This document shows, piece after piece, positions 20,585-31,477 of a DNA stretch of 64,000 nt; the first letter of the stretch is position 1, and each line of letters starts with the position of its first letter. Location of the stretch: positions 10,050 through 74,049 of the forward strand of contig JAGBJO010000029.1 in assembly GCA_017934425.1 (NCBI GenBank), written 5' to 3'. Made by a program: the position numbers and the translations under genes. Below the pieces are notes generated by a model that saw nothing but the letters and a program-made list of their open reading frames with translations, was not told where the DNA came from and ran no database searches. The stretch is from Ruminococcus sp. (GTDB lineage: Bacteria; Bacillota; Clostridia; Oscillospirales; Ruminococcaceae).

Positions 20585-23530
20585 TTGAATATAAGAAAAC
20601 TATACCTGAATGTCACTTCGGGTATCTTGTCCTGCGTCATGGCGGCTGGCATGACCGTCCCGGCTTACTCTCAGGCTGCGGCGGCTTCTGCTTCGGCGGC
20701 AGTTTCGGCTGATGATGATTACTACTACATCGAGCCTGTTGACACAGGTATCCCTACTTACAGTGACTACTACGACCAGTACTGCGGAGAAGTGCGCCCT
20801 GATGCCGTTATCGAATTGGCTGGCGCAGACTACAAGTCCGCTTCAAACGGCGATTTTTCTGTTGGAAGCTTCGGCGACGACAATGATCTCCGTGATGATA
20901 CTCTCATTTGGGAAAGCAGCGACGGCAACGTTTCCTATGAGATAAATGTCCCCGAAACAGGTATCTATTGCCTGAATATGAGCTACTTCCCTATGGAGTC
21001 AAACAGTTCTCAGATAGAACTTTCGCTCACTATCGACGACAAGACCCCCTATGACACAGCCTCCCGTATTACTCTCAACCGTGTCTGGGTAAACGAGGCC
21101 GACATCTACACCGATTCACGAGGCAACCAGGTCCGCCCCTCTCAGGTTCAGAAGGGTATGTGGCAGCAGTGCGATATTGGTGACGTGGACGGTCTTTTTG
21201 GTGAGCCACTTTTCTTCTACCTGGAAAAAGGCAAGCATACCCTGGGATTTTCCTCAGAAAGGGCGCAGCTTGCGATCGAGAAGATAAAGCTTTACACCCC
21301 CGAAGCGCTGAAGTCCTACAGCGAGTATGTCTCCTCAGCAGGTGCTTCTGTCAGCGTGGAAAGTACCCCCTCAAACCTGTTCCGTATCGAGGGAGAATCC
21401 GCTGACTACAAGTCGGATTCCACCCTCTATCCGACCTACGATAATTCCAGCTACCTTGTGTCACCCTCTGACCCGGTAAAGGTAGTATACAACACCCTCG
21501 GCAGCGGCAACTGGAAAAAAGCCCTGCAATCCGTTACCTGGACTATTCCCAAGGAGAAGATAGGTTCTTCCGGCTGGTATAAAATAGGTATCAAGTCCCG
21601 CCAGAACGTGATGCGTGGATTCTATTCCAACAGGCGTATCTACATCGACGGCGAAGTTCCCTGCAAGGAACTTGACCAGGTACGTTTCTTCTACAACACC
21701 GAATGGAACGTTGTTTCCCCGGAAACTGAAAACGGCGATGCAGTCTACGTTTACCTCGATGCCGGCAGCGACCACACCATTACTATGGAATGTGTCCCCG
21801 GCGAGATCGGTGATTCTATGCGGAAACTGGACGACGTTGTTGCTGACCTGAATAACTACTACCGCAAGATACTCATGATAACAGGTCCTTCCCCCGATCA
21901 GTACACCGACTACTACGTTCATGAGAAGATACCGGAACTGGTGGACGAATTCAAGCGGCTTTCCCAGGCACTAAAGGACATTCAGAGCGAGATCGAGAGT
22001 CTCTCCGGAACTGCTGGTTCAGAAGCTTCTGCGCTGGAAAATATGACCGTTATCCTGGACAAGTGTATCAAGAAGCCCCTGAAAATTCCGGCTTACCTCT
22101 CCCAGATAAAGGACTACATCGCTTCGATCTCCGCCTGGATGCGTGACTACAGAGATCAGCCCCTTGAAGTGGACTATATCGAATTCGCCTCCGCAGACCG
22201 CAGTTTTGAAAGCGCTGACGAGAAACTTGGCAAGGCTATCGGCTTCTCCGCAAAGGGATTTTTCGGCTCATTCTTCGAGGACTACACAACCCTCTCCGAC
22301 GTTACCGGCAAGGACGCTATCAATGTGTGGGTATCCCTGGGACGTGACCAGGCACAGGTAGTCAAGGAAATGGCTGAAAACGATTTCATGCAGGAGACTG
22401 GTATCCCGATCTCCGTAAACCTCGTTATCGGCGGCGTTGTGGAAGCTACTCTCGCCGGAAAAGGCCCTGATGCGGCGCTGTTCCTGGGCGGTGAGTTCCC
22501 CGTGAACCTGGCTGCCCGTGACCTGCTGGTTGACCTTGACCAGTTTGGTGACTTCGGTGACGTTACCGGCAGATTCCAGGAAAATGCCCTTACACCTTAC
22601 CAGTATAACGGCAAGACCTATGGTCTGCCTATCAGCCAGACTTTCCCCATGATGTTCTACAGGACTGACGTTCTCACGGAACTGGGCTACACCTCTCCTC
22701 CGGAAACATGGACTGAGCTTATTGATATGCTCCCGGCGCTCCAGAGGAATTATATGAACGTGGGACTTATCCTGCCGCCGGCTAATATCTCCCCCGCTAC
22801 TGAGGCAGGTCATACCTTTGCTATGCTTCTGCTCCAGAAGGGTCTGAATTACTACACCGACGACCAGACAAAGTCCAACTTCGACAGTATCGAAGCCGTT
22901 CAGTCCTTCGAGGAATGGACTGACTTCTACACAAAGTACAGTTTCGTTCAGTCCTACGACGCTTTTAGCCGTTTCAGGACGGGCGAATATCCCATAGTCA
23001 TCGCAAACTACACCTTCTTCAATCAGCTTGCAGTTGCATCACCGGAAATAAAGGGTCTGTGGAACTTCTGTCAGGTTCCCGGTACTCTCCGTGACGACGG
23101 CACTATCTCCCATGCAGCTAATTCCTCCGGTTCCGGCGCTGTTATCTTCAAGAAAGTCCAGAACAAGGAAAACGCCTGGGAGTTCATAAAGTGGTTCACC
23201 GAAAAGGAAACTCAGATACACTACGGCACTCAGATAGAGGGTCTGCTGGGTACTATGGGTCGTTTCGACACCGCTAACCTGGACGCTCTTTCCCAGCTTT
23301 CATGGTCACACAACGAGTTCGACAGACTCTCCGACCAGCAGCAGGAACTTGTGGAAATACCCGTTATCCCCTCGTCCTACGCCGTTACCAGAAATATCAT
23401 GAACGCTTTCAGAGAAACTGTAAACGAAATGGAGAACCCCCGTGATACGCTTATATGGTATAACCGTGATATCAACGACGAGATCACCAGAAAGCGTGAG
23501 AACCTGGGTCTGCCCACCGCTGAAAATTAA
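20585..23530 (+). CDS. very large extracellular sugar-binding protein (N-terminal CBM-like domains, helical region, C-terminal family-1 SBP domain)
   Basis: Signal peptide without lipobox; SBP motifs GKGPDAAL, GKTYGLP, MMFYRTD, PETWTEL and AWEFIKW; CBM6/35-like starts IELAGADY and RIEGESAD. Confidence 0.85.
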   Translation: MNIRKLYLNVTSGILSCVMAAGMTVPAYSQAAAASASAAVSADDDYYYIEPVDTGIPTYSDYYDQYCGEVRPDAVIELAGADYKSASNGDFSVGSFGDDNDLRDDTLIWESSDGNVSYEINVPETGIYCLNMSYFPMESNSSQIELSLTIDDKTPYDTASRITLNRVWVNEADIYTDSRGNQVRPSQVQKGMWQQCDIGDVDGLFGEPLFFYLEKGKHTLGFSSERAQLAIEKIKLYTPEALKSYSEYVSSAGASVSVESTPSNLFRIEGESADYKSDSTLYPTYDNSSYLVSPSDPVKVVYNTLGSGNWKKALQSVTWTIPKEKIGSSGWYKIGIKSRQNVMRGFYSNRRIYIDGEVPCKELDQVRFFYNTEWNVVSPETENGDAVYVYLDAGSDHTITMECVPGEIGDSMRKLDDVVADLNNYYRKILMITGPSPDQYTDYYVHEKIPELVDEFKRLSQALKDIQSEIESLSGTAGSEASALENMTVILDKCIKKPLKIPAYLSQIKDYIASISAWMRDYRDQPLEVDYIEFASADRSFESADEKLGKAIGFSAKGFFGSFFEDYTTLSDVTGKDAINVWVSLGRDQAQVVKEMAENDFMQETGIPISVNLVIGGVVEATLAGKGPDAALFLGGEFPVNLAARDLLVDLDQFGDFGDVTGRFQENALTPYQYNGKTYGLPISQTFPMMFYRTDVLTELGYTSPPETWTELIDMLPALQRNYMNVGLILPPANISPATEAGHTFAMLLLQKGLNYYTDDQTKSNFDSIEAVQSFEEWTDFYTKYSFVQSYDAFSRFRTGEYPIVIANYTFFNQLAVASPEIKGLWNFCQVPGTLRDDGTISHAANSSGSGAVIFKKVQNKENAWEFIKWFTEKETQIHYGTQIEGLLGTMGRFDTANLDALSQLSWSHNEFDRLSDQQQELVEIPVIPSSYAVTRNIMNAFRETVNEMENPRDTLIWYNRDINDEITRKRENLGLPTAEN

Positions 23531-23547
23531 GGAAGGAGGTATCAGCT

Positions 23548-24489
23548 TTGGCTCAGTTATCAAAAGAGGAGATCGGCAGAAGGACTAAGCAGGAGGAGCG
23601 TGCGATGATGTGGCGCTCCGTCAAGCAGAATAAAGCCTGCTATGCGATGCTTGCCCCCTTTATGCTGTTCTTTATCGTATTCACTGTAGTGCCTGTTGTA
23701 ATGTCCCTTCCTATGGGCTTTACCGACTTCAATATGGCACAAGCACCTAAATTCATCGGTCTTTCAAACTACACCACGCTGTTCCTCTCAGATAAGATAT
23801 TTGTTAAATCTATCAGAGTGACCATCGTGTTCGCACTTTTCACAGGCCCGGTAAGCTACGTTCTCTGCTTCCTGCTCGCCTGGCTCATTAACGAACTCCA
23901 CCCCAAACTCAAGACCTTCTTCACGCTGGTATTCTATGCGCCCTCTATGGCGAATATCTTCACCGTATGGCAGATAATATTCAGCGGCGATATGAACGGT
24001 TACATCAACTCATTCCTTATTAACCTGGGTCTTATCAATTCACCTATACAGTGGCTCACTGACGGAAACTATGTCCTGGGAGTTACTATAGTAGTACAGC
24101 TCTGGATATCCCTGGGTGCAGGATTCCTTGCCCTGCGTGCAGGTTTCCAGAATATCGACAGGTCTATGTACGAAGCCGGCGCTATCGAAGGTATCCGCAC
24201 ACGCTGGCAGGAACTTATCTACATCGTTATCCCCTCAATGGGTCCTCAGCTTATGTTTGCTGCGGTAATGCAGATAGTAAGTTCATTTACCGCCGGTACT
24301 GTTGCACAGAATCTCGTCGGCTTCCCAAGTACAGACTACAAGGCACACACTATTATGACCCATGCCTATGACTACGGCTGGGTACGTTACGAAATGGGCT
24401 ACGCTTCTGCGATATGTATGGTCCTTTTCGTGGTAATGTACCTGCTCAACAAGCTTATAAGCCGTGTACTGAGCAAATATATGGACTAA
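23548..24489 (+). CDS. carbohydrate ABC permease (MalF-type)
   Basis: FIGLSNY, EAA loop YEAGAIEG, MGYASA. Confidence 0.93.
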   Translation: MAQLSKEEIGRRTKQEERAMMWRSVKQNKACYAMLAPFMLFFIVFTVVPVVMSLPMGFTDFNMAQAPKFIGLSNYTTLFLSDKIFVKSIRVTIVFALFTGPVSYVLCFLLAWLINELHPKLKTFFTLVFYAPSMANIFTVWQIIFSGDMNGYINSFLINLGLINSPIQWLTDGNYVLGVTIVVQLWISLGAGFLALRAGFQNIDRSMYEAGAIEGIRTRWQELIYIVIPSMGPQLMFAAVMQIVSSFTAGTVAQNLVGFPSTDYKAHTIMTHAYDYGWVRYEMGYASAICMVLFVVMYLLNKLISRVLSKYMD

Positions 24490-24501
24490 GGAGGTAAGCT
24501 G

Positions 24502-25380
24502 ATGGCACAGGTCAACACAATGAAGCTGAAGGCTTCAAATAAACAGGCTGGCAGAAAAATAGGCGGCACTATCGCTATCTTTGCCTTCCTTACCATACTG
24601 GGTCTGTTCATGCTTTTCCCGATATACCTTACTATCGTTATGTCGATAAAGCCCGTGGAGGAACTTTTCATCTACCCTCCGAAACTCTACGTCATGCGCC
24701 CGACTCTCCTGAATTTCAGCGATATGTTCAGCGCCATGAGCCAGAACAGAGTTCCCTTTTCCCGCTACGTTTTCAACAGTATCGCCGTAACACTTTCGGT
24801 AACTGTTTTGCAGTGCATCTTCGCTTCAATGGCGGCTTTCGTCCTGGCGAAGTGCCGCTTCCCAGGAAGCAAGTTCATCAACAGCATCATCGTTATCGCC
24901 CTGCTTTACCAGTCTAACGTTATCTACATCATGCAGTATATCGTCATGGCAAGGCTGGGACTTATCGACAATCCCCTGGCACTGATACTCCCCTCAGTTG
25001 CCTCTCCTATGGGACTTTTCCTTATGAGGCAGTCTATCGGTCAGATCCCTGACGCTATGATAGAAGCCGCTAAGGTGGACGGCGCTGGACTTTTCAGGAT
25101 ATGCTGGCAGATAGTAATGCCAAACCAGAAACCGGCGCTTATGACTCTTATCATATTCGCTTTCCAGGCTGCATGGAATATCCAGACAGGTACAGTAGTA
25201 TTCCAGGAGCAGTACAAGACCTTGACTACCGTTGCGGCTCAGGCTGCTGCATCTGGTCTTGCCCGTGCAGGCGTGGCTTCGGCTGTATCAGTATTTGTGC
25301 TTATACCCCCTATCGTGGTATTCATGCTGGCACAGCGTCAGGTCATCGAAACTATGGCTCACTCAGGTATCAAGGACTGA
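24502..25380 (+). CDS. carbohydrate ABC permease (MalG-type)
   Basis: IPDAMIEAAKVDGA EAA motif, AWN. Confidence 0.93.
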   Translation: MAQVNTMKLKASNKQAGRKIGGTIAIFAFLTILGLFMLFPIYLTIVMSIKPVEELFIYPPKLYVMRPTLLNFSDMFSAMSQNRVPFSRYVFNSIAVTLSVTVLQCIFASMAAFVLAKCRFPGSKFINSIIVIALLYQSNVIYIMQYIVMARLGLIDNPLALILPSVASPMGLFLMRQSIGQIPDAMIEAAKVDGAGLFRICWQIVMPNQKPALMTLIIFAFQAAWNIQTGTVVFQEQYKTLTTVAAQAAASGLARAGVASAVSVFVLIPPIVVFMLAQRQVIETMAHSGIKD

Positions 25381-25402
25381 GCGCACAGAAAGGGTGAATC
25401 AA

Positions 25403-27037
25403 GTGAAAAAGACTTTACAGAAACTTTTATCGCTGGTGTTCGCCGGTGCGCTTATCGGAGGGACTGCTTCCTCCCTTTACGCATCTGCCGGTGAAGCCTA
25501 CGATGTCTACAACTACGACCGCTGGGGCGAGGCGATACCCTCTCAGGCTGGCTATATCGCAGACCGCAGCGTTTCCGGAAACGATCTGGGCGTGGGCGCT
25601 TTCGAGTCACCGTCCGACATATTCTACGACCATAACGACATTTTCTATGTGGTGGATTCAGGCAACAACCGCATCGTTGCCATAGATTCAGATTTCAGTA
25701 ATCTGGTGAAGGTGTACGATAAGTTCACCATGCCCGACGGAAAGACCACTACTCTTAAAAATCCCCAGGGAATTTACATCTCCGCTGAAAATGACCTTAT
25801 GTATATTGCCGATAACGAAAATTCCCGTGTACTCATAAGCGACCGGGACGGCAACGTGGTCAGCGAGATAACCAAACCCACTTCTGAGGTGTACGACCAG
25901 AAGCGTACCTTCCTGCCCCAGCGTGTTATCGCAGACAAAGCAGGAAACGTCTATGTCGTACTCAACAATATCACCACCGGTGCGGCTATGTTCAGCCCGG
26001 ACGGTGAGTTCACAGGCTTCTACGGCGCAAACCGTGTGCAGCCTACCGCCGAGATAATCGGCAACTACTTCACAAGCCTGTTCACAAGCGAGGAGAAAAA
26101 GGCAAGACGTGCAAGAAACGTCCCCACCGGTATCACAAGCTTCGATATCGACGGCGACTTCATCTTCACCTGTACTGCCTCCTCTACACAGTCTACTGAT
26201 ACTGTCAAGAAACTAAATGCCGCCGGCAACAACATCTTCGCAAATCTCGACCTTAAATTCGGCGACTATGCACCTATGTACGATACCTCCCAGAATAAAC
26301 TCCTTGCCCCGGCTATATGCGATATCGACATCGCTGAGGACGGAAATATCAACTGCCTGGACTTCACTACCGGACGAGTTTTCCAGTATGACGAGGACTG
26401 CAACCTGCTGTTCATTACAGGTACTCTTGCAAAACAGGTAGGCGGCTTCGACCACGTTGCTGCACTGGAATCAAAGGGAAATAACCTCTATGTTGTGGAT
26501 TCCCAGAAGGATACAGTTACTATATTCGAGGAGACTGAGTTCGGCAAGATAGTCCACCAGGCTTCCGCACTCCACAACGCCGGCTACTACGAAGAAGCAC
26601 TTGAGCCCTGGTATGAAGTTCTCAAGCGTGACGGTAACTTCCGCCGTGCTTACGTTGGCGTAGCACTTGCCCTTTTGAGACAGGCTGACTACGAAGGCTC
26701 TATGAAGTATGCGGAACTTGCAGACGCATCTTCCATATACAACAAGGCTTTCGAGGGCTACCGTATGAACTGGCTCAAAGCTAATTTCGGCTACCTTGTA
26801 GCTGTTATAGTTGTGGCAGGCATCGCCCTGGTGATACTCAGCAAACAGCTCCGGAAACGCCGTGAGATACTCGATGCCAAACGGCTTGCTGAGGAAGAAC
26901 GTGCCGAGGCAGTCCGTGAAATGCTGGCAAGACGTGAAGCGGCTCTTGCTGAACAGGCTGAAATGGAGCGTGCCGCCCAGGAAGAAGCGGCTAAGGCTCA
27001 GGAAAGCCGACACCTGAGAAGAAAGGAGGAGGAATAG
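25403..27037 (+). CDS. NHL-repeat beta-propeller/TPR protein with C-terminal TM anchor and charged tail
   Basis: Signal peptide; NHL repeats ([31 protein letters not shown]); TPR-like helices; TM; E/A/R-rich tail. Likely GTG start at 25403 after AAAGGGTG. Confidence 0.85.
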   Translation: MKKTLQKLLSLVFAGALIGGTASSLYASAGEAYDVYNYDRWGEAIPSQAGYIADRSVSGNDLGVGAFESPSDIFYDHNDIFYVVDSGNNRIVAIDSDFSNLVKVYDKFTMPDGKTTTLKNPQGIYISAENDLMYIADNENSRVLISDRDGNVVSEITKPTSEVYDQKRTFLPQRVIADKAGNVYVVLNNITTGAAMFSPDGEFTGFYGANRVQPTAEIIGNYFTSLFTSEEKKARRARNVPTGITSFDIDGDFIFTCTASSTQSTDTVKKLNAAGNNIFANLDLKFGDYAPMYDTSQNKLLAPAICDIDIAEDGNINCLDFTTGRVFQYDEDCNLLFITGTLAKQVGGFDHVAALESKGNNLYVVDSQKDTVTIFEETEFGKIVHQASALHNAGYYEEALEPWYEVLKRDGNFRRAYVGVALALLRQADYEGSMKYAELADASSIYNKAFEGYRMNWLKANFGYLVAVIVVAGIALVILSKQLRKRREILDAKRLAEEERAEAVREMLARREAALAEQAEMERAAQEEAAKAQESRHLRRKEEE

Positions 27038-27041
27038 TACT

Positions 27042-27671
27042 ATGATGGATCTTAAACCCGGTGAGTGGGTCAAACACGCCGTTACCCACCCCGTCGAGGG
27101 CTTCGAGGATATGCGCTGGAAAAAATCCGGCTCGCTGAAAATCGCTTTCGGTATAGTATTCCTGCTGTTCCTCTCTCAGATCGCCAACGGCAGACTTTAC
27201 GGCTTCCAGTTCGGCGTTACTTACGATAAAACATTCAACATAATCCCCTACATCGTCCAGAGTATCGTTCTCTTTGCGGCGTGGGTAGTGGGAAACTGGT
27301 CAATATGCACCCTCCTGGACGGCGAGGGTACTATGCGGAATATCTGCATATACAGTGCCTATGCGCTTATACCCTATATCGCCCAGGTGTTCATAAACCT
27401 TATCCTCTCACATATCCTCATCAGAGATGAGTATGTCTTTATTGAAGCGATCTACCTCATCGGCGTTGGCTGGTCGGGAATACTCCTGTTCTCAGCTATC
27501 AAGTCGGTGCATCAGTATTCCTTCGGCAAGACCGTTTTCGCTATAATACTCACTATAGTGGCTATGCTGATAATGCTTTTCCTGCTGGTACTCTTTATGT
27601 CACTTATCCAGCAGGTGTACATCTTCATTTCAACTATTTACACCGAGATCTCCTACAGGATCAGGGTATGA
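27042..27671 (+). CDS. YIP1-family membrane protein
   Basis: HPVEGF N-terminal motif, 5 TM, DGEG, AYALIP. Confidence 0.85.
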   Translation: MMDLKPGEWVKHAVTHPVEGFEDMRWKKSGSLKIAFGIVFLLFLSQIANGRLYGFQFGVTYDKTFNIIPYIVQSIVLFAAWVVGNWSICTLLDGEGTMRNICIYSAYALIPYIAQVFINLILSHILIRDEYVFIEAIYLIGVGWSGILLFSAIKSVHQYSFGKTVFAIILTIVAMLIMLFLLVLFMSLIQQVYIFISTIYTEISYRIRV

Positions 27672-27685
27672 CAGGAGGTATGGTA

Positions 27686-30547
27686 ATGAAAAAGAATCTG
27701 AAACGTTTTCTGCTGTGCCTTCTGGCTGTCTCTACTATGAGCATATCCGGCAATGTTTACGCTGATACTGAGGAAGATGTATCAGCTGAGACAGAAGCTA
27801 CCGAGGATACCGCTGAGGAGACTGAAGGCGATACCTCTGCTGATGGCGAGCAGAAACAGGAAAAAGTCAAACTCAAGGAAACTGAGGAAAAAATCAAGGC
27901 TGAATCCGCTGATATAGTTAAGTATCTTGAAAAAATAGGCAATGTGGACGGCTTCGACATCTACCGCAAGGACAAGGACTTCGACGACAAGATCTGGGAA
28001 GCAAACGGCGGTAAACCCGAAAAGAAAAAGGATTACACCGAGGCTCAGGAAGCCCTTGATGATACTATCAGCGATCTGAAAAAACTAGGCGACCTTGTGG
28101 CTGTGGACGAAAAGACCGGCGAGGCTGTAGCAAGCTTCGAGGACAGCAGCAAGTGCGACAGCGGTCTGCTGTACGTCAGCGAGGCTAAGAGATTTCTCCT
28201 CTACATAGATGAGGAACTCACCAAGCCCGCTCAGGTGCTACAGGTCATATCTTCTATCGACGACCCCTATGTTTTCCGCAATTCTAAGGGCGATGTGCTT
28301 ACCCTTATGGACGAAAAGTACAAAAATGTCGTCCGCACTTACAACGACGGCGGCAGCTACTACGAGGACTATGAAATGTTCTTCGGCGATGATGATAACT
28401 TCATCTGGCTCAGTTCCGACAGAACTCAGGTACTCGGCACTTTCCGCTACGGCACTGACAATGGCAAATACCGCATGATAATCGACGACCGACGTGCTAT
28501 GATCGGTCTGGAAAATAAGGACACCCAGTACATCTGGTGGTCTTCTCCTATCGGCTCTACCCGTGACAAGATAGCTACTCCGCTGCTTATCAATGAACTG
28601 CGCTCCTCAAATGTCCTCCGTTATGGTATCCCGGCAAAGCGTTCAAATAACAACGTTGTGCGCTCAAATACCGACGACTGCGAGGTTAAGGTAAGTGATA
28701 TAACCAACGGAATACGTGTTGAGTATAAGTACGCCAGTGCCGGCTTCTCATACCCGGTTGAGTATACACTGGAAAAGGATCACCTGAAAGCTTCGCTGAA
28801 AGTCTCTGAGATAAAAGAGGAGAAAAGCGAGAATATCGCCACTGAAATGACGATAATGGGCGCTTTCGGCGCTGCTTCCTCCGATGAGGACGGCTACTTC
28901 GTTATCCCGGACGGAAGCGGTGCGCTGGTAAGATTCAATAACCAGAAAACTATGGACACCAACGCCTACACCCAGCGTGTCTACGGCAACGACCTCACCG
29001 TTGTTCCTACAACCAAGGGCGCTGTTACTGAACAGATATACCTGCCGGTATACGGTATTGTCCGTGAGGATAACGCTATGCTGGTAGTGGCTTCAAAGGG
29101 CGACTCGAATGCTTACCTGTCTACTCAGGTATCAAAGCAGTCAAACAGCAGCTACAACCTTTGTAACTTCACCTTCATTCTCCGTGGTACTGACACATTC
29201 TATATGTCCGGCAACAACAGCGACAAACTCACCGTCTTTGAAAGCGGCGATATAAAGAGCGATGATATCGAACTCCTCTATTACCCCATCTCAAAGGAAG
29301 GCGCTGACTACGTTGACGTTGCACAGCGCTACAGAGACTACCTTACCACCGAAGGCGGAGTTCAGGTAACTGCAAGAAACAACGATTCTCAGATGTACCT
29401 CGACCTTTACGGCGGTACTCTTAAAAAGAAACCCGTCCTCGGAATCCCGGTGACTATGAAGCAGTCTGTCACAAGCTTCGACCAGGCTTCTGAGATACTC
29501 ACAAAGCTCAAAAATGACGGCGTTGACGAGATCGCCGTATCCTACAACGGCTGGACTAACGACGGAATTTGCAGCAAGGTAGACACCGAGGCAAAGCCTG
29601 CCGGAAAACTCGGCGGAAAGAGTGACTTTAACGATCTTACTTCCCTTATCTCCGATAATCAGTGGCAGCTTTACCCCGCTACCGATAACCGCACTTTCTA
29701 CTCCGGAAACGGTTACTACTCCTTCACAGATACTACTGTAAGAGTGTCCGGTTCGTATTCCAGAATAGTAAGCTATGACCGTGCTTATGGTATCCCCGAC
29801 GGATTCAAGAAGAATATGTCTCAGCTTTCACCAAGCTTCTTCGGAGAAGTCATCGGCAATATCTCCGACAACTACTCAAAGGCTGGTCTCACAGGTGCTT
29901 CACTGGGCGACTTTACTACCACACTTTACGGTGACTACGGCAAGAAGAATATCTCAAGGTATACCGCTATGGGTATGCTGACTGATGCGTATGCACAGCT
30001 TTCCGGAAGCATGAAGGACGGCATCCTGGCTGACGGCGCTAATGCCTACGCCCTGCCATACGTCAGCCAGATAAAGAACGTTCCGCTGACCTCAAGCCGG
30101 TTCGACCTTTTCAACGAGGATATCCCATTCTACCAGATAGTTATGCATGGTATTATCCCCTACTCTACTACCGCTGTTAATGCTGATGCAGACTCCGAGA
30201 CCCTCCTGCTTATGGCAGCAGCTACCGGAAGCAACCTCAGCTATGATATGATATACGAGGAAACAAGCCTTCTGAAAGACACTTCCTACGATATCTATTA
30301 CTACGCTAACTATGCTAACTGGGTGGATACTGCGGCGGCTGAATACAAGCTGCTCTCGCCACTTCTCGACCAGGTCAGCGGTGCTGTTATCCGTGACTAT
30401 AAGACCGAAAACGACGGCAACCTTATAACTACTACCTACTCAAATGGTACTGTGGTAAAGGTTGACCTGGAAGAAAAAACTATCGACTACGACGGCAAGC
30501 ACATTTCTCTTGCTGAATATGAACAGGAAGGAGGTATCAGATTCTGA
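27686..30547 (+). CDS. large secreted DUF5696-like protein (possible GH-like fold)
   Basis: Signal peptide, acidic linker, DGYFVIPDGSGAL, LPVYG, YNGWTNDG, IPFYQIVMHG and TTYSNGT; typical position in this cluster type. Confidence 0.75.
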   Translation: MKKNLKRFLLCLLAVSTMSISGNVYADTEEDVSAETEATEDTAEETEGDTSADGEQKQEKVKLKETEEKIKAESADIVKYLEKIGNVDGFDIYRKDKDFDDKIWEANGGKPEKKKDYTEAQEALDDTISDLKKLGDLVAVDEKTGEAVASFEDSSKCDSGLLYVSEAKRFLLYIDEELTKPAQVLQVISSIDDPYVFRNSKGDVLTLMDEKYKNVVRTYNDGGSYYEDYEMFFGDDDNFIWLSSDRTQVLGTFRYGTDNGKYRMIIDDRRAMIGLENKDTQYIWWSSPIGSTRDKIATPLLINELRSSNVLRYGIPAKRSNNNVVRSNTDDCEVKVSDITNGIRVEYKYASAGFSYPVEYTLEKDHLKASLKVSEIKEEKSENIATEMTIMGAFGAASSDEDGYFVIPDGSGALVRFNNQKTMDTNAYTQRVYGNDLTVVPTTKGAVTEQIYLPVYGIVREDNAMLVVASKGDSNAYLSTQVSKQSNSSYNLCNFTFILRGTDTFYMSGNNSDKLTVFESGDIKSDDIELLYYPISKEGADYVDVAQRYRDYLTTEGGVQVTARNNDSQMYLDLYGGTLKKKPVLGIPVTMKQSVTSFDQASEILTKLKNDGVDEIAVSYNGWTNDGICSKVDTEAKPAGKLGGKSDFNDLTSLISDNQWQLYPATDNRTFYSGNGYYSFTDTTVRVSGSYSRIVSYDRAYGIPDGFKKNMSQLSPSFFGEVIGNISDNYSKAGLTGASLGDFTTTLYGDYGKKNISRYTAMGMLTDAYAQLSGSMKDGILADGANAYALPYVSQIKNVPLTSSRFDLFNEDIPFYQIVMHGIIPYSTTAVNADADSETLLLMAAATGSNLSYDMIYEETSLLKDTSYDIYYYANYANWVDTAAAEYKLLSPLLDQVSGAVIRDYKTENDGNLITTTYSNGTVVKVDLEEKTIDYDGKHISLAEYEQEGGIRF

Positions 30548-31464
30548 TGGCTGCAAATACTGCAAAAAGGCACAAGCTTTCCTACGAAAAGCGCAAAGCC
30601 CTCTATGGCTACGGCTTCATCGGTCTGTGGCTGCTGGGAACACTGTTCTTCTTCCTGATACCGCTGGTAAAGTCCTTCTGGTACTCCTTCAATGAAGTAT
30701 CTATCGGCGAAGGTAAGATGATAACTACTTTCGTTGGACTGGATAAATATTCATTCGTACTCAACGCTGACCCGAACTATACCACATATCTGAAAAATAT
30801 GCTCCTGGAAACTCTGTGGAAAACTCCCCTGGTTCTGATATTCTCGCTGTTCATTGCAGTTATCCTCAACCAGAAGTTCCGTGGAAGGACCCTCGCCCGT
30901 GCGATATTCTTCCTGCCGGTAATCATCGCTACAGGTCCGGTTTACAAGATTATCAACGGCGATATGAGTTCTACCGGAAATACCGGTGCTTCACAGTTCT
31001 CCACAATGTTCTCTACCGACCTGGTAGGCGAACTGCTCCAGTTCCTTGGAATATACGGTCTCAGCGATAATATGAGTACCATGATTTCCACCGTTGCGGA
31101 CAATATCTTCGGCATCGTATGGGCATCAGGTATACAGATACTCATCTTCCTTGCGGCACTCCAGAATATCCCCCCGTCCGCAAGAGAAGCCGCTCAGGTC
31201 GAGGGCGCTACCGCATGGGAGTACTTCTGGAAGATAACCTTCCCCTATGTAAGCCCATTTATCCTGGCGAACCTGATCTTCACCGTTATCGACTCCTTCA
31301 CCAGCCCTACAAATACCGTTATGGGACGTATACTGGCTATGAAGGAGGACTGGAAGTTCGGCGAGGCATCTGCTATGGCGTGGATATACTTCGCTATAGT
31401 CCTTGCGGCAATCGGTCTGGTGACATTCATCGTAAACAAGTTCATCTACTACGAAGTAGACTAA
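30547..31464 (+). CDS. carbohydrate ABC permease (MalF-type)
   Basis: FVGLDKY, EAAQVEGA, ASAMAW. Confidence 0.93.
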   Translation: MAANTAKRHKLSYEKRKALYGYGFIGLWLLGTLFFFLIPLVKSFWYSFNEVSIGEGKMITTFVGLDKYSFVLNADPNYTTYLKNMLLETLWKTPLVLIFSLFIAVILNQKFRGRTLARAIFFLPVIIATGPVYKIINGDMSSTGNTGASQFSTMFSTDLVGELLQFLGIYGLSDNMSTMISTVADNIFGIVWASGIQILIFLAALQNIPPSAREAAQVEGATAWEYFWKITFPYVSPFILANLIFTVIDSFTSPTNTVMGRILAMKEDWKFGEASAMAWIYFAIVLAAIGLVTFIVNKFIYYEVD

Positions 31465-31477
31465 GGAGGTGGAAAAT

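Noticed and set aside
20222-20652. Small minus-strand ORFs over the operon leader
   Set aside because: Antisense to a promoter and leader; no RBS or recognisable protein features.
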